Below are positions 1 through 7,984 of a stretch of DNA of 64,000 nucleotides, piece by piece. The stretch comes from Clostridia bacterium (lineage in GTDB: Bacteria; Bacillota; Clostridia; Christensenellales; DTU072). The position numbers were made by a program, and so were the translations under genes. The first letter of the stretch is position 1, and the number at the start of each line of letters is the position of its first letter. Where the stretch lies: assembly GCA_017533505.1 (NCBI GenBank), contig JAFXIB010000109.1:3752-67751 (forward strand), given 5' to 3'. The notes beneath the pieces are model-generated. The model searched no databases. It was not told the DNA's origin and was given only the letters and a program-made list of their open reading frames with translations.

Positions 1-1
1 G

Positions 2-697
2 CAAACAGCTCTCAACCTTGCTCTCAATCCACTACCATTTGAATATAGCTGGGCACTTATTCTTTTGGGTGTCGTATGTGGTGTGTTGAGCGCCTTATTC
101 AACAAAGCCCTTTGTTTGGTAGGAGAAATCAATTTCTTAAAGCGTATCCCTATGCTCGTAAAACTAATTGCCGTTTTCCTTATAACTGGTGTTGTAGGTT
201 TGTTTGTAACCGAAACGCTTGGTGGTGGTATGCTTCTTGTAAAAAGCCTAACCGAAATTGACTTTACTTGGTGGGCACTCCTAATTTTATTGGTTGTAAA
301 GGCTTTCTTAACCGTGCTTGCTCTTGGCTCTGACTCATCCGGTGGTATCCTTATACCCTTGCTAACTATCGGTGCTCTCATCGGTGCTCTCATGGGAAAA
401 GCTTTTATCGCCATGGGCATCAGCGAAGAATATTATGTAACATTTATAATAATTGCTATGAGCGCATTCCTTGGCGCAACCTTCCGTACACCAATCACAG
501 CAATAGTGCTTATGGTGGAAATCACAGGATCTCTATCTGGCGTATTGACAATCGGTATTGAAGTTCTCATTGCCTTTATCGTTGCCGAATTAATGATGCG
601 CAAGCCCATTTATGATGTCATTCTTGAGCGCGATATGGAAGAAGAACAAGCCATCACTGCACCATTCAAATTCAAGCCCAGATCAAAAAAATCATAA
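2..697 (+). CDS. ClC-family chloride channel / H+-Cl- antiporter, C-terminal part (5' end lies outside the window)
   Basis: The frame is open from the window edge, with no stop before the listed TTG at 65. GSDSSGGILIPLLTIGALIG and FRTPITAIVLMVEITG match the conserved GxFxP-type and C-terminal filter helices of ClC proteins. The whole segment is hydrophobic helices. Confidence 0.75.
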   Translation, partial: QTALNLALNPLPFEYSWALILLGVVCGVLSALFNKALCLVGEINFLKRIPMLVKLIAVFLITGVVGLFVTETLGGGMLLVKSLTEIDFTWWALLILLVVKAFLTVLALGSDSSGGILIPLLTIGALIGALMGKAFIAMGISEEYYVTFIIIAMSAFLGATFRTPITAIVLMVEITGSLSGVLTIGIEVLIAFIVAELMMRKPIYDVILERDMEEEQAITAPFKFKPRSKKS

Positions 698-884
698 TTT
701 TATGCAAAAAATTTATTCTACCCACTTGAATTATGCAAAAAGGAGTGCTATACTACTAAAAAAATTAGTTGCAGGATACTATGAATTATTTTAAGACTAA
801 CAGCAAAACATCCTCTTTGATAGACCTTAAGAGCAAGGTCTTTGCTGTTGTATCCATAATTGCAATAATTATTTCCATTATTAT

Positions 885-908
885 TATCCCCTAGGGGGAT
901 AGATTTTT
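885..908 (+). terminator. Possible rho-independent terminator downstream of the ClC gene
   Basis: Palindrome TATCCCC-TAG-GGGGATA at 885-901, followed by a TTTTT run at 904-908. The stem is short and lies ~190 nt after the stop codon. Confidence 0.35.
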
Positions 909-996
909 AAGCGCTCAGTCCAGCAGAACAAAAGACAAATTAATAGTAATTTTCGCACTTCCCTACGGGTGGTCTTTACTTTTGTGTTTAGAATTG

Positions 997-1025
997 TTGC
1001 TCATCCGTGGCAAAAGGTATATAAT
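997..1025 (+). promoter_or_regulatory. Candidate sigma-A promoter for the HTH-cupin-acyl-CoA synthetase gene
   Basis: TTGCTC (997-1002), a 17-nt spacer, then TATAAT (1020-1025), ~40 nt upstream of the ATG at 1067. Confidence 0.4.
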
Positions 1026-1066
1026 TGATAAGAATTTTATGGTTGCAACACCGATAAGGATATAAT

Positions 1067-3334
1067 ATGTATAATAATTACGAAATCAAACAAATTGCAA
1101 ATCGTCTCAAGTTCCTACGCGAATCACTTGATGTTAGCGTAGAAGAAGCAGCTAAAGCTGCTCAAGTATCCATCGCTGTATATCGTGATGCAGAAGCTGG
1201 CAAAGTTGACTTTACTTTCAACTTCCTACAAAAGCTCGCAAAACACTTTGGCGTTGATATTATCCAACTTATCACCGGTGAAACTCCAAGACTAACCGGC
1301 TTCCAAGTAACCCGTAAGGGCGAAGGCAAGAGCTTGGAACGCGAACATGGATTTGAGTACATCCATAGAGCTGCTATCTTCAAAGACAAGAGCGCAGAGC
1401 CCTTTATCGTAACAGTAAAATATGACCCCGAAGAAGCAAATAAACCCGTGCAAGTTAGCACCCACGACGACCAAGAATTTGACTATATTCTAAAAGGTAA
1501 GCTTCGTGTTACCGTTGACAACTACACAACCATTCTCACAGAAGGCGACTCCATTTATTACAATGCAAACCTTCCCCACGGCATGGTAGCTTATGACGGC
1601 GATTGTGAATTTTTGGCTGTTGTTATCAAAAACAGCAAAACTCTATCCGAAATCAAAGAAGTTACAGCTGAAGAAGCTGAAATGGAAAATAAAGAATACA
1701 AGGAAATCTTCCACAAGTTTGTTACCCCCACTCTTGACGAAAAGGGCAGACTTGTTAAGCTTGACTTCCACCCTGAAGACAACTTTAACTTTGGCTACGA
1801 TGTAGTTGATGCTATTGCCGAAAAGACACCGAACAAAACAGCTATGGTTTGGCTCGACAACGACAAGAATGAGCGCATCTTCTCCTTCCGTGACATCAAG
1901 GAGCAATCCAACAAGACAGCAAACTTCTTTATGTCACAAGGTATCAAGAAGGGCGACACCGTTATGGTTGTTCTAAAGAGAAGATATCAATTCTGGTACA
2001 CCATGGTTGCTCTACACAAGATTGGTGCTATTGCAGTACCTGCATCACACCAACTTACTGCACACGACTATGACTATCGCTTTAACACAGCAAAAATCAA
2101 GGCTGTTGTTATGGTTGGCGACGAGCATATGCAACACGAGTGCGAAGAAGCTCTCAAGATTTCACCCACCGTTGAAAAGCTCATCCAAGTTGGTGGTGTA
2201 ACTCGTGATGGTTGGATAGATTTTGACTCTGGAATTGAAAATCACTCTTCCGTTCTCCCAAGAATGGATACCCAAATTGATGAGTTGATGCTCATGTACT
2301 TTACATCAGGTACAGCTGGTTATCCAAAAATTGCAGCACACTCACACAAGTATGCACTCGGCCACTTGGTAACAGCAAAGTACTGGCACAATGTTGACAG
2401 AAACGGACTTCACTTTACCATTTCCGACACAGGTTGGGGTAAATCCGTTTGGGGCAAGCTCTACGGTCAATGGCTATCAGAAGCTGCAGTATTCACCTAT
2501 GACTTTGATAAGTTCAAAGCAGAAGACATTCTCCCACTATTTGCAAAGTATCACATCACAACATTCTGCGCTCCACCCACAATGTTAAGATTCTTCTTGC
2601 TTGCTGACATCAACAAGTATGATCTTAGCTCACTTAAATATGTTACTACAGCTGGCGAAGCTCTCAATCGCGAAGTATTTGACCAATTCTACAAGACTAC
2701 TGGCCTAAAGATAAAGGAAGGCTTTGGTCAAACCGAAACTACCCTTACCATTGCTAACCTTGTCAACAACGACATCCGTCTTGGCTCAATGGGTAAGCCC
2801 ACTCCACAATATAATGTTGACATCGTTGACGAAAACGGAAACACCTGTAAAGATGGTGAAGTTGGCGAAATCGTTATCCGTCTTGACGAAGGTCGTCCAT
2901 TCGGTCTATTCCAAGGCTACTACCTAAACGAAGAATCCACTGCAAAGGCAGTTAGAGATGGCTTATATCATACTGGCGATATGGCTTGGCGCGACGAAGA
3001 AGGTTACTTCTGGTACATGTCAAGAATTGATGATGTAATCAAGTCAAGTGGTTATCGTATTGGACCATTTGAAATTGAATCAGTTATCATGGAACTCCCC
3101 TATGTTGTTGAATGTGCAATCACAGGTGTACCTGATCCTATCCGTGGACAAGTTGTCAAGGCAACCATCGTTCTCAAGGAAGGCGTTGAAGGCAACGATG
3201 CTCTCAAGAAGGATATCCAAACCTATGTTAAGACACATACAGCTCCATACAAGTATCCAAGAGTTATTGACTTTGTCAAAGAGCTCCCACGCACCACTAA
3301 TGGTAAGATAAGAAGAGTTGCCCTTCGTAAGTAA
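1067..3334 (+). CDS. Fusion protein: XRE-type HTH plus cupin (PuuR-like regulator module) fused to an AMP-forming acyl-CoA synthetase
   Basis: 755-aa ORF with an AAGGA RBS. Residues ~1-70 resemble HTH_3 (IKQIANRLKFLRESLDVSVEEAAKAAQVS). Residues ~110-190 resemble a cupin barrel (DQEFDYILKGKLRVTVD...GDSIYYNANLPHG). The rest is a complete adenylate-forming enzyme with core motifs YFTSGTAGYPK, GYRIGPFEIES and PRTTNGKIRR. There is an in-frame internal ATG at 1682. Confidence 0.85.
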   Translation: MYNNYEIKQIANRLKFLRESLDVSVEEAAKAAQVSIAVYRDAEAGKVDFTFNFLQKLAKHFGVDIIQLITGETPRLTGFQVTRKGEGKSLEREHGFEYIHRAAIFKDKSAEPFIVTVKYDPEEANKPVQVSTHDDQEFDYILKGKLRVTVDNYTTILTEGDSIYYNANLPHGMVAYDGDCEFLAVVIKNSKTLSEIKEVTAEEAEMENKEYKEIFHKFVTPTLDEKGRLVKLDFHPEDNFNFGYDVVDAIAEKTPNKTAMVWLDNDKNERIFSFRDIKEQSNKTANFFMSQGIKKGDTVMVVLKRRYQFWYTMVALHKIGAIAVPASHQLTAHDYDYRFNTAKIKAVVMVGDEHMQHECEEALKISPTVEKLIQVGGVTRDGWIDFDSGIENHSSVLPRMDTQIDELMLMYFTSGTAGYPKIAAHSHKYALGHLVTAKYWHNVDRNGLHFTISDTGWGKSVWGKLYGQWLSEAAVFTYDFDKFKAEDILPLFAKYHITTFCAPPTMLRFFLLADINKYDLSSLKYVTTAGEALNREVFDQFYKTTGLKIKEGFGQTETTLTIANLVNNDIRLGSMGKPTPQYNVDIVDENGNTCKDGEVGEIVIRLDEGRPFGLFQGYYLNEESTAKAVRDGLYHTGDMAWRDEEGYFWYMSRIDDVIKSSGYRIGPFEIESVIMELPYVVECAITGVPDPIRGQVVKATIVLKEGVEGNDALKKDIQTYVKTHTAPYKYPRVIDFVKELPRTTNGKIRRVALRK

Positions 3335-3353
3335 TCGAATCTCAAACAAAAGC

Positions 3354-3381
3354 AAAGCCCCGATAAAATCGGGGCTTTTTG
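3354..3381. terminator. Bidirectional rho-independent terminator between convergent genes
   Basis: Stem GCCCCGA (3357-3363) / TCGGGGC (3369-3375), with an AAA run before and TTTTT after. It sits between the plus-strand stop at 3334 and the minus-strand stop at 3383. Confidence 0.75.
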
Positions 3382-3382
3382 T

Positions 3383-3817
3383 TTAAACAATATTTTTATA
3401 TGAAATATAAATATGCGTGGGCGCAAACAACAATGTCGATACCCCCAACAAAGTTGAGCCATACATGATTCCACTAAACAAAAAAATTATAGATGGTATT
3501 ATCGAAAGCGACAGCGCCTTGAAAAGATTATTTTTTCTCCAGCAAAGCATCCATATAATGCAATACAATGCTACCAAAAAGCTATTGATTACAATATATA
3601 CTACAATCGCACTCTTAAACCATAGACCAAAATAAGTTGCTGGAATGTTAAAAATCATAAAGCCAAAGCATCCATATCTGCCTATTTGTTCTATAATCTC
3701 TACAGTTTTATTGTGGAATTTACCATTTGAAGTGTCCTTCTGCTTAATAGCAAATATAATGTTTGGAACCATAATTATCACTATGAATACCAAGCCATAA
3801 ATGTTAAACCACTCCAT
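3383..3817 (-). CDS. Small integral membrane protein (about 4 TM helices), function unknown
   Basis: 144-aa ORF with an AGAGGA RBS just upstream. The sequence is strongly hydrophobic with helix-length segments. I recognise no family. Confidence 0.6.
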   Translation of the reverse strand: MEWFNIYGLVFIVIIMVPNIIFAIKQKDTSNGKFHNKTVEIIEQIGRYGCFGFMIFNIPATYFGLWFKSAIVVYIVINSFLVALYCIIWMLCWRKNNLFKALSLSIIPSIIFLFSGIMYGSTLLGVSTLLFAPTHIYISYKNIV

Positions 3818-3862
3818 ATCCTCTTTTATATCTTCTTTTAGTTAAAGTATTATAAATGTAAA

Positions 3863-3884
3863 GGGAGCCTTTGTAAGGCTCTCT
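3863..3884 (-). terminator. Weak terminator-like hairpin after the GPH transporter gene
   Basis: Stem GAGCC / GGCTC with a 7-nt loop, 14 nt downstream of the stop at 3898. The T-run is better on the plus strand than on the minus strand. Confidence 0.3.
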
Positions 3885-3897
3885 TTTTAATGTTAAT

Positions 3898-5433
3898 CTA
3901 TTCTTGTACAGCTTCTACTATCTCTTCAGCAACAACTTCTTGAGTGGCTTCTGCTTGCGCCTTTGCCATGCGTTCTTGGCGCATAACTTCGAGCTCTGCT
4001 CTTATCTTCTCTTTCTTCTTGCCGGTGTAGTCAAAGAAGAGAATTGGTATACATGTCAGCAACATACCAGCTGCTGGAATGAGTGTAACCATCAAGAACA
4101 TACCATCACGAGTTGCTGTGCTTTGAGCTTGCTCAACCAAAATTCCGTTTTCTTCAATTGGTTCTTGGTACTTGATTATAGTTAGCATAACTGATGTAAT
4201 GAGTGTTGCAACACCAGCTGATGCCTTGGAAATCAATGTTTGTGCTGCAAAAGATACACCTTCTATGCGTTGTCCGTTTTTCCACTCTGCGTAGTCGGTA
4301 CAGTCTGCTACAAAGTTATATGTGATGCAGTTGAATACTCCAAGTGGAATACCTATTAGAATAAGGAAGAATAGTAGTACAAAAATTGATGCTACACCAA
4401 GCTTATCATAGCCAATAAAGTAGAGAACAACAGATGCAACCACACCAAAGAGCATACTTGCAATGTAGATTTGCTTTAGGCTGAACTTCTTTCTTGCAAG
4501 TGGTACAAGTAGCATTGCAGGAACCATACCGATACCTATCATAACACTCATGACGGTTAGGAACATACCCTTTGTGATAAAGGACCTGCCACCATCTGGA
4601 TAGAGAATATAATAGGAAACAACACCACTTTCGCTGACAACCTTTTCGGTATCATATAGATACTTGCTGATATATGTGCCAGAGGTTTGAGCCATAACTA
4701 CGGTTGATGCAAGGAGCGCTGCAAGGATAAATATAAGGAGTGGCTTGTTGGTAACAAAGCCCTTGAAGATATCCTTGATTGACTTTGGCTCAACCTTGAG
4801 AATGAGCTTTTCTTTGGTACCAAAGAAGGAAAGAAGACTGATTGCACTACCGACGCAACCAAACACGATACCAGCGATAAGATATCCCTTTTCAAGTCCA
4901 AGAGAGTCGGTAATCATTGGTACAACAAGGGTGGGAGCAATACCACCGATGGTTGAACCGATACGAGCAATAGAAATAAAGCTTGAGCGCTCGCCATCGT
5001 TTGGTGAAATTGCACTTGACAAACTCCAGAATGGTACATCTTGAACGGTAAAGCACATTCCCCAAAGGATATATGTAAAGTAGCAGAATACAAGTTTGCC
5101 AGCATCACTCACTATGCCAAGATACTTTGGAGAAAGGAATAGTAAGCAAGTGGATACTGCTATTATTGCTGGAGAGAACAAAAGGTATGGTCTAAATTTG
5201 CCCCACTTTGTTTGTGTTTTGTCAACAGCAATCCCCATGATAGGATCGTTGAAAGCATCAAAGATACGAGCAACCAAAATAAGTATACCTGCTTGGATTG
5301 GGTCAATGCCAACAGCATCGGTAAAGAAGATGAGTGCAAATGTTGACATCAATGTGTAAATCATTGACCTACCAAAAGCAGATGCAGTAAATGATGCATA
5401 CTCGTGTTTTGCAATGTACTTGGTTTCAGCCAT
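3898..5433 (-). CDS. GPH-family (glycoside-pentoside-hexuronide):cation symporter, MelB/YicJ-like
   Basis: 511-aa ORF with about 12 TM helices and a GGTGGAG RBS. It carries the family signature DAFNDPIMGIAVDKTQTKWGKFRPYLL near the N-terminus. The C-terminal tail is charged. Confidence 0.85.
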   Translation of the reverse strand: MAETKYIAKHEYASFTASAFGRSMIYTLMSTFALIFFTDAVGIDPIQAGILILVARIFDAFNDPIMGIAVDKTQTKWGKFRPYLLFSPAIIAVSTCLLFLSPKYLGIVSDAGKLVFCYFTYILWGMCFTVQDVPFWSLSSAISPNDGERSSFISIARIGSTIGGIAPTLVVPMITDSLGLEKGYLIAGIVFGCVGSAISLLSFFGTKEKLILKVEPKSIKDIFKGFVTNKPLLIFILAALLASTVVMAQTSGTYISKYLYDTEKVVSESGVVSYYILYPDGGRSFITKGMFLTVMSVMIGIGMVPAMLLVPLARKKFSLKQIYIASMLFGVVASVVLYFIGYDKLGVASIFVLLFFLILIGIPLGVFNCITYNFVADCTDYAEWKNGQRIEGVSFAAQTLISKASAGVATLITSVMLTIIKYQEPIEENGILVEQAQSTATRDGMFLMVTLIPAAGMLLTCIPILFFDYTGKKKEKIRAELEVMRQERMAKAQAEATQEVVAEEIVEAVQE

Positions 5434-5459
5434 ACTCCACCTTTCCTTATTATATAATG

Positions 5460-5475
5460 TTCGCGCGTGCGCGAA
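5460..5475. promoter_or_regulatory. Candidate operator palindrome upstream of the GPH transporter
   Basis: TTCGCGC-GT-GCGCGAA: 7-nt inverted arms with a 2-nt centre. On the minus strand it lies immediately 5' of a TATAAT box, and it is ~27 nt from the ATG at 5433. Confidence 0.25.
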
Positions 5476-5537
5476 TATTTGTTTGATTTGGGATTACAAT
5501 ATTGGCATTAAGGATACCCTATCAGCTAATTTTTGTA

Positions 5538-6533
5538 TTATTTCTTTTTTCTACGGAACGAGAAAACTTCCTTCCAACCAGAGTTCTTGTAGTTGTTGTA
5601 ACGAGTGATAAAATATCCAACGATTGCTGATATTACAACAGAGATTGCAACAACTATCCAGAAGCCATAGCCTTTGCCTTCAAATGGTACGCCTGTGTTC
5701 ATTCCCCAAAATGATGCAAACAGCGTTGGTACGCTGATGATGACTGTCATAATGGTCAAGGTCTTCATTATGGAGTTTTGGTTGTTGGAAATAACTGATG
5801 CATAAGTTGACATCGTTGAAGCCAAAATGTCTTGGTAGTTTTTACACATATCAATAGCCTGACGGTTTTCGATGGTTACATCTTCGAGCAACTCTTCGCT
5901 TTCTTCATCAAGCTTCTTTGCCATCTTGGTAACCCTTTCAATCACCACGCTGTTGCCACGGAGTGATGTTGAAAAATATACCAGAGATTTTTCAAGGTCA
6001 AGGAGTTGGATAAGCTCTTTGTTTTTTGTAGCCCTATGAAGCTCTGTTTGGATACGCTGAGATGACCTATCGATTTGGCGTAGGTATTGAAGGTATTTTA
6101 CATGTGTGTAATAAAGTAGTTGGTATAAGAAAAATTCCTTCTTTGAAGTATCAAGACCTTTGGCTCTACCAGCAAGCAAGCTATGGATAACAGAGTTTTC
6201 CTTCAAGCAAACGGTTATTATAGTTGTCTTTGTGAGCACTACGCCAAGAGGCATGGTTGAGTAGGAATAGTAATCTTCCTCTTCTTCAATCGTAGGAATA
6301 TCAAAAAGTATGAGAGTGTCGCCGTCGTCAATCTCAATACGAGCGCGTTCTTCTTCGTCCAGCGCAGCCTTAAGCAAATCTTCATTGACGCCTGTGACAC
6401 GCTCTATTAGCTCGATTTCGCGGTCTGTGGGGTTTTCGAGATGGATCCACTTATCCTTGATGTTGAGTCCACCACCAAATTCGGGACTCTTTTCTACAAT
6501 GCGCTTTTTTTCGGTTTGAAATAGTTGAATCAC
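5538..6533 (-). CDS. corA: CorA-family magnesium/cobalt transporter
   Basis: GMN signature (FWGMNTGVPF) before two C-terminal TM helices, with an acidic soluble N-terminal domain. I place the start at the GTG at 6533, preceded by GGAGGTG with 4-nt spacing. The 28 upstream codons of the listed ORF have no RBS and overlap the leader hairpin. Confidence 0.85.
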   Translation of the reverse strand: MIQLFQTEKKRIVEKSPEFGGGLNIKDKWIHLENPTDREIELIERVTGVNEDLLKAALDEEERARIEIDDGDTLILFDIPTIEEEEDYYSYSTMPLGVVLTKTTIITVCLKENSVIHSLLAGRAKGLDTSKKEFFLYQLLYYTHVKYLQYLRQIDRSSQRIQTELHRATKNKELIQLLDLEKSLVYFSTSLRGNSVVIERVTKMAKKLDEESEELLEDVTIENRQAIDMCKNYQDILASTMSTYASVISNNQNSIMKTLTIMTVIISVPTLFASFWGMNTGVPFEGKGYGFWIVVAISVVISAIVGYFITRYNNYKNSGWKEVFSFRRKKK

Positions 6534-6555
6534 ATTGCACCTCCTTCCTTTACGG

Positions 6556-6642
6556 CAATAATAAAGGGATATGTAAGCCATATCCCTTTTTATGAGCGTA
6601 AAATGGGAGCACCACAACTTTGCGTTGTGGTATATGGCTTAT
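6556..6642 (-). promoter_or_regulatory. Candidate terminator/antiterminator leader upstream of corA
   Basis: On the minus strand, a GGGATAT-GGCTTAC-ATATCCC hairpin (6566-6586) is followed by TTTATTATTG just 5' of the RBS. Upstream TAAGCCATAT (6633-6642) is perfectly complementary to ATATGGCTTA, which spans the 5' arm and loop of that hairpin. The two structures therefore compete. Confidence 0.35.
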
Positions 6643-6709
6643 CTGACTATTAAGTTTCTACTATAAGGGTCGTCCATTATTTTACCTTTTTAGTTTAGTC
6701 GATATAGTT

Positions 6710-6754
6710 TTAGCGCATAACAAAGATTTTTATTATGCGCTAATTTTGTTTTTG
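6710..6754. terminator. Hairpin immediately after the 371-aa gene, with its T-tract on the plus strand
   Basis: 11-bp stem TTAGCGCATAA / TTATGCGCTAA with a 12-nt loop. TTTTGTTTTTG follows on the plus strand. On the minus strand an A-tract precedes the stem and no U-tract follows it. Confidence 0.3.
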
Positions 6755-6755
6755 A

Positions 6756-7871
6756 TTATTTGTTGAACTTGTCGTCGTATACACCTGCGCAAACAGCCAA
6801 GCAGTCAGCAAATAGCTCTTCTTCTTCTGGAGAATAGTTGCCAGAGGTGATTTGGCTATCAAGATACTCTGCAAACTCAACCAAGGTGATTTCGTCAAGA
6901 GCGGGGTCTTCTGCTACTCTAACGGTTAGGTTTACGAGCTCTAATAGATGCATTGCGCGTTCTTCTTCGGGAGTTGCTGGAGCTTGATCTACAACAGCTG
7001 CAACTTCTTCTTCAACAACAACGGGTTCGATTACTGGAGCTTCTTCTTCGATAACGAGGCTTTCGTCTACTTTTGGAGTAGTAACGATTTCCAAGATTTC
7101 GGAGTCACCGAGCTTGGATGCAAGGATATCTTCGATAGCTGCATTGATTTCTTCGATGTTTTCGGAGATGAACTCGTCTTGGGTTTCACGGAAGATGATA
7201 ACATTGGTATCAAGAGCATCTTGGAACTTACGGAAAGATTGTTGTACCTTCTTGTACTCATTCTTGCCAGCAAGGTTTAGGAATGCGCCAAAGATAACAT
7301 AAACGATCCATGGAACAACCAATGTGCCAAGAACAGGGAGAACCAAAAGTACGATACCTTTGATGCCTTCTACACTTGCAACATCAATACCCTTTACAAC
7401 ATCATAGCAACTTACAGCAGAAAGAAGAATGCATGCAAGAATGATGATTGAGCTAACTACTTTGTAGAAGCCTTTGCCACCCTTATAGTTTGGGTTGCCT
7501 TTGCGTGCGCCAAGAACATCATTTTCGCTGATATAGTCTGATGGATAGCCGGTTTGTTGTTCAAGGAATGCGCCCCAGCCACGAGCAACAGCAACAGGCA
7601 TAACCTTTGCTTGGATGCGTGCGTTTAGGCCATCAACATTCTCTGCATCAACAGTGCCGTTAGCATTGAGGTATGCAACGGTGTCGTCGAGATGCTTTCT
7701 GAGCTTGTTAGCTTTGCTACCTGACTTGATAGCAAGTGCGATGAAGAAGGTAAGGATTACCAAAATAGCGCCGATTGCAAGAATGTAAACGGCAGGTGAA
7801 AGAGTGCCACCAAGATTAAGGAAATCAATTTTACCCATAATAGATTGGATGCTTTCGATAATTTTTTCCAT
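6756..7871 (-). CDS. Membrane protein with an acidic C-terminal domain, function unknown
   Basis: 371-aa ORF with an AGGAG RBS. It has one N-terminal TM helix, two to three central TM helices, and a Glu/Val/Pro-rich acidic tail. I recognise no family. Confidence 0.6.
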   Translation of the reverse strand: MEKIIESIQSIMGKIDFLNLGGTLSPAVYILAIGAILVILTFFIALAIKSGSKANKLRKHLDDTVAYLNANGTVDAENVDGLNARIQAKVMPVAVARGWGAFLEQQTGYPSDYISENDVLGARKGNPNYKGGKGFYKVVSSIIILACILLSAVSCYDVVKGIDVASVEGIKGIVLLVLPVLGTLVVPWIVYVIFGAFLNLAGKNEYKKVQQSFRKFQDALDTNVIIFRETQDEFISENIEEINAAIEDILASKLGDSEILEIVTTPKVDESLVIEEEAPVIEPVVVEEEVAAVVDQAPATPEEERAMHLLELVNLTVRVAEDPALDEITLVEFAEYLDSQITSGNYSPEEEELFADCLAVCAGVYDDKFNK

Positions 7872-7902
7872 ATCCCGCTCCTAATAGATAGTATGTAAGA
7901 TA

Positions 7903-7931
7903 ATTATAAATGCAATCGCCAAATTTTGCAA
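7903..7931 (-). promoter_or_regulatory. Near-consensus sigma-A promoter for the 371-aa membrane protein gene
   Basis: On the minus strand: TTGCAA (7931-7926), a 17-nt spacer, then TATAAT (7908-7903), ~30 nt upstream of the ATG at 7871. Confidence 0.5.
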
Positions 7932-7984
7932 CCCCTTTTTTTATAAAATTTTATATTATATATAAATATATGTGTTTTAGGGGG

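Noticed and set aside
6534-6617. N-terminal 28-codon extension of the corA ORF (listed start at 6617)
   Set aside because: The ATG at 6617 has no RBS. The extension is Cys/Arg/Tyr-rich, unlike CorA, and overlaps the leader hairpin. The GTG at 6533 has a GGAGGTG RBS and yields a typical CorA N-terminus.
6534-6755. An M-box (ykoK) Mg2+ riboswitch upstream of corA
   Set aside because: The leader lacks the conserved M-box segments as I recall them (for example the GUUAGGUGAGGCU-like 5' element), and it is shorter and simpler. This is recall-based, so an Rfam scan should confirm it.
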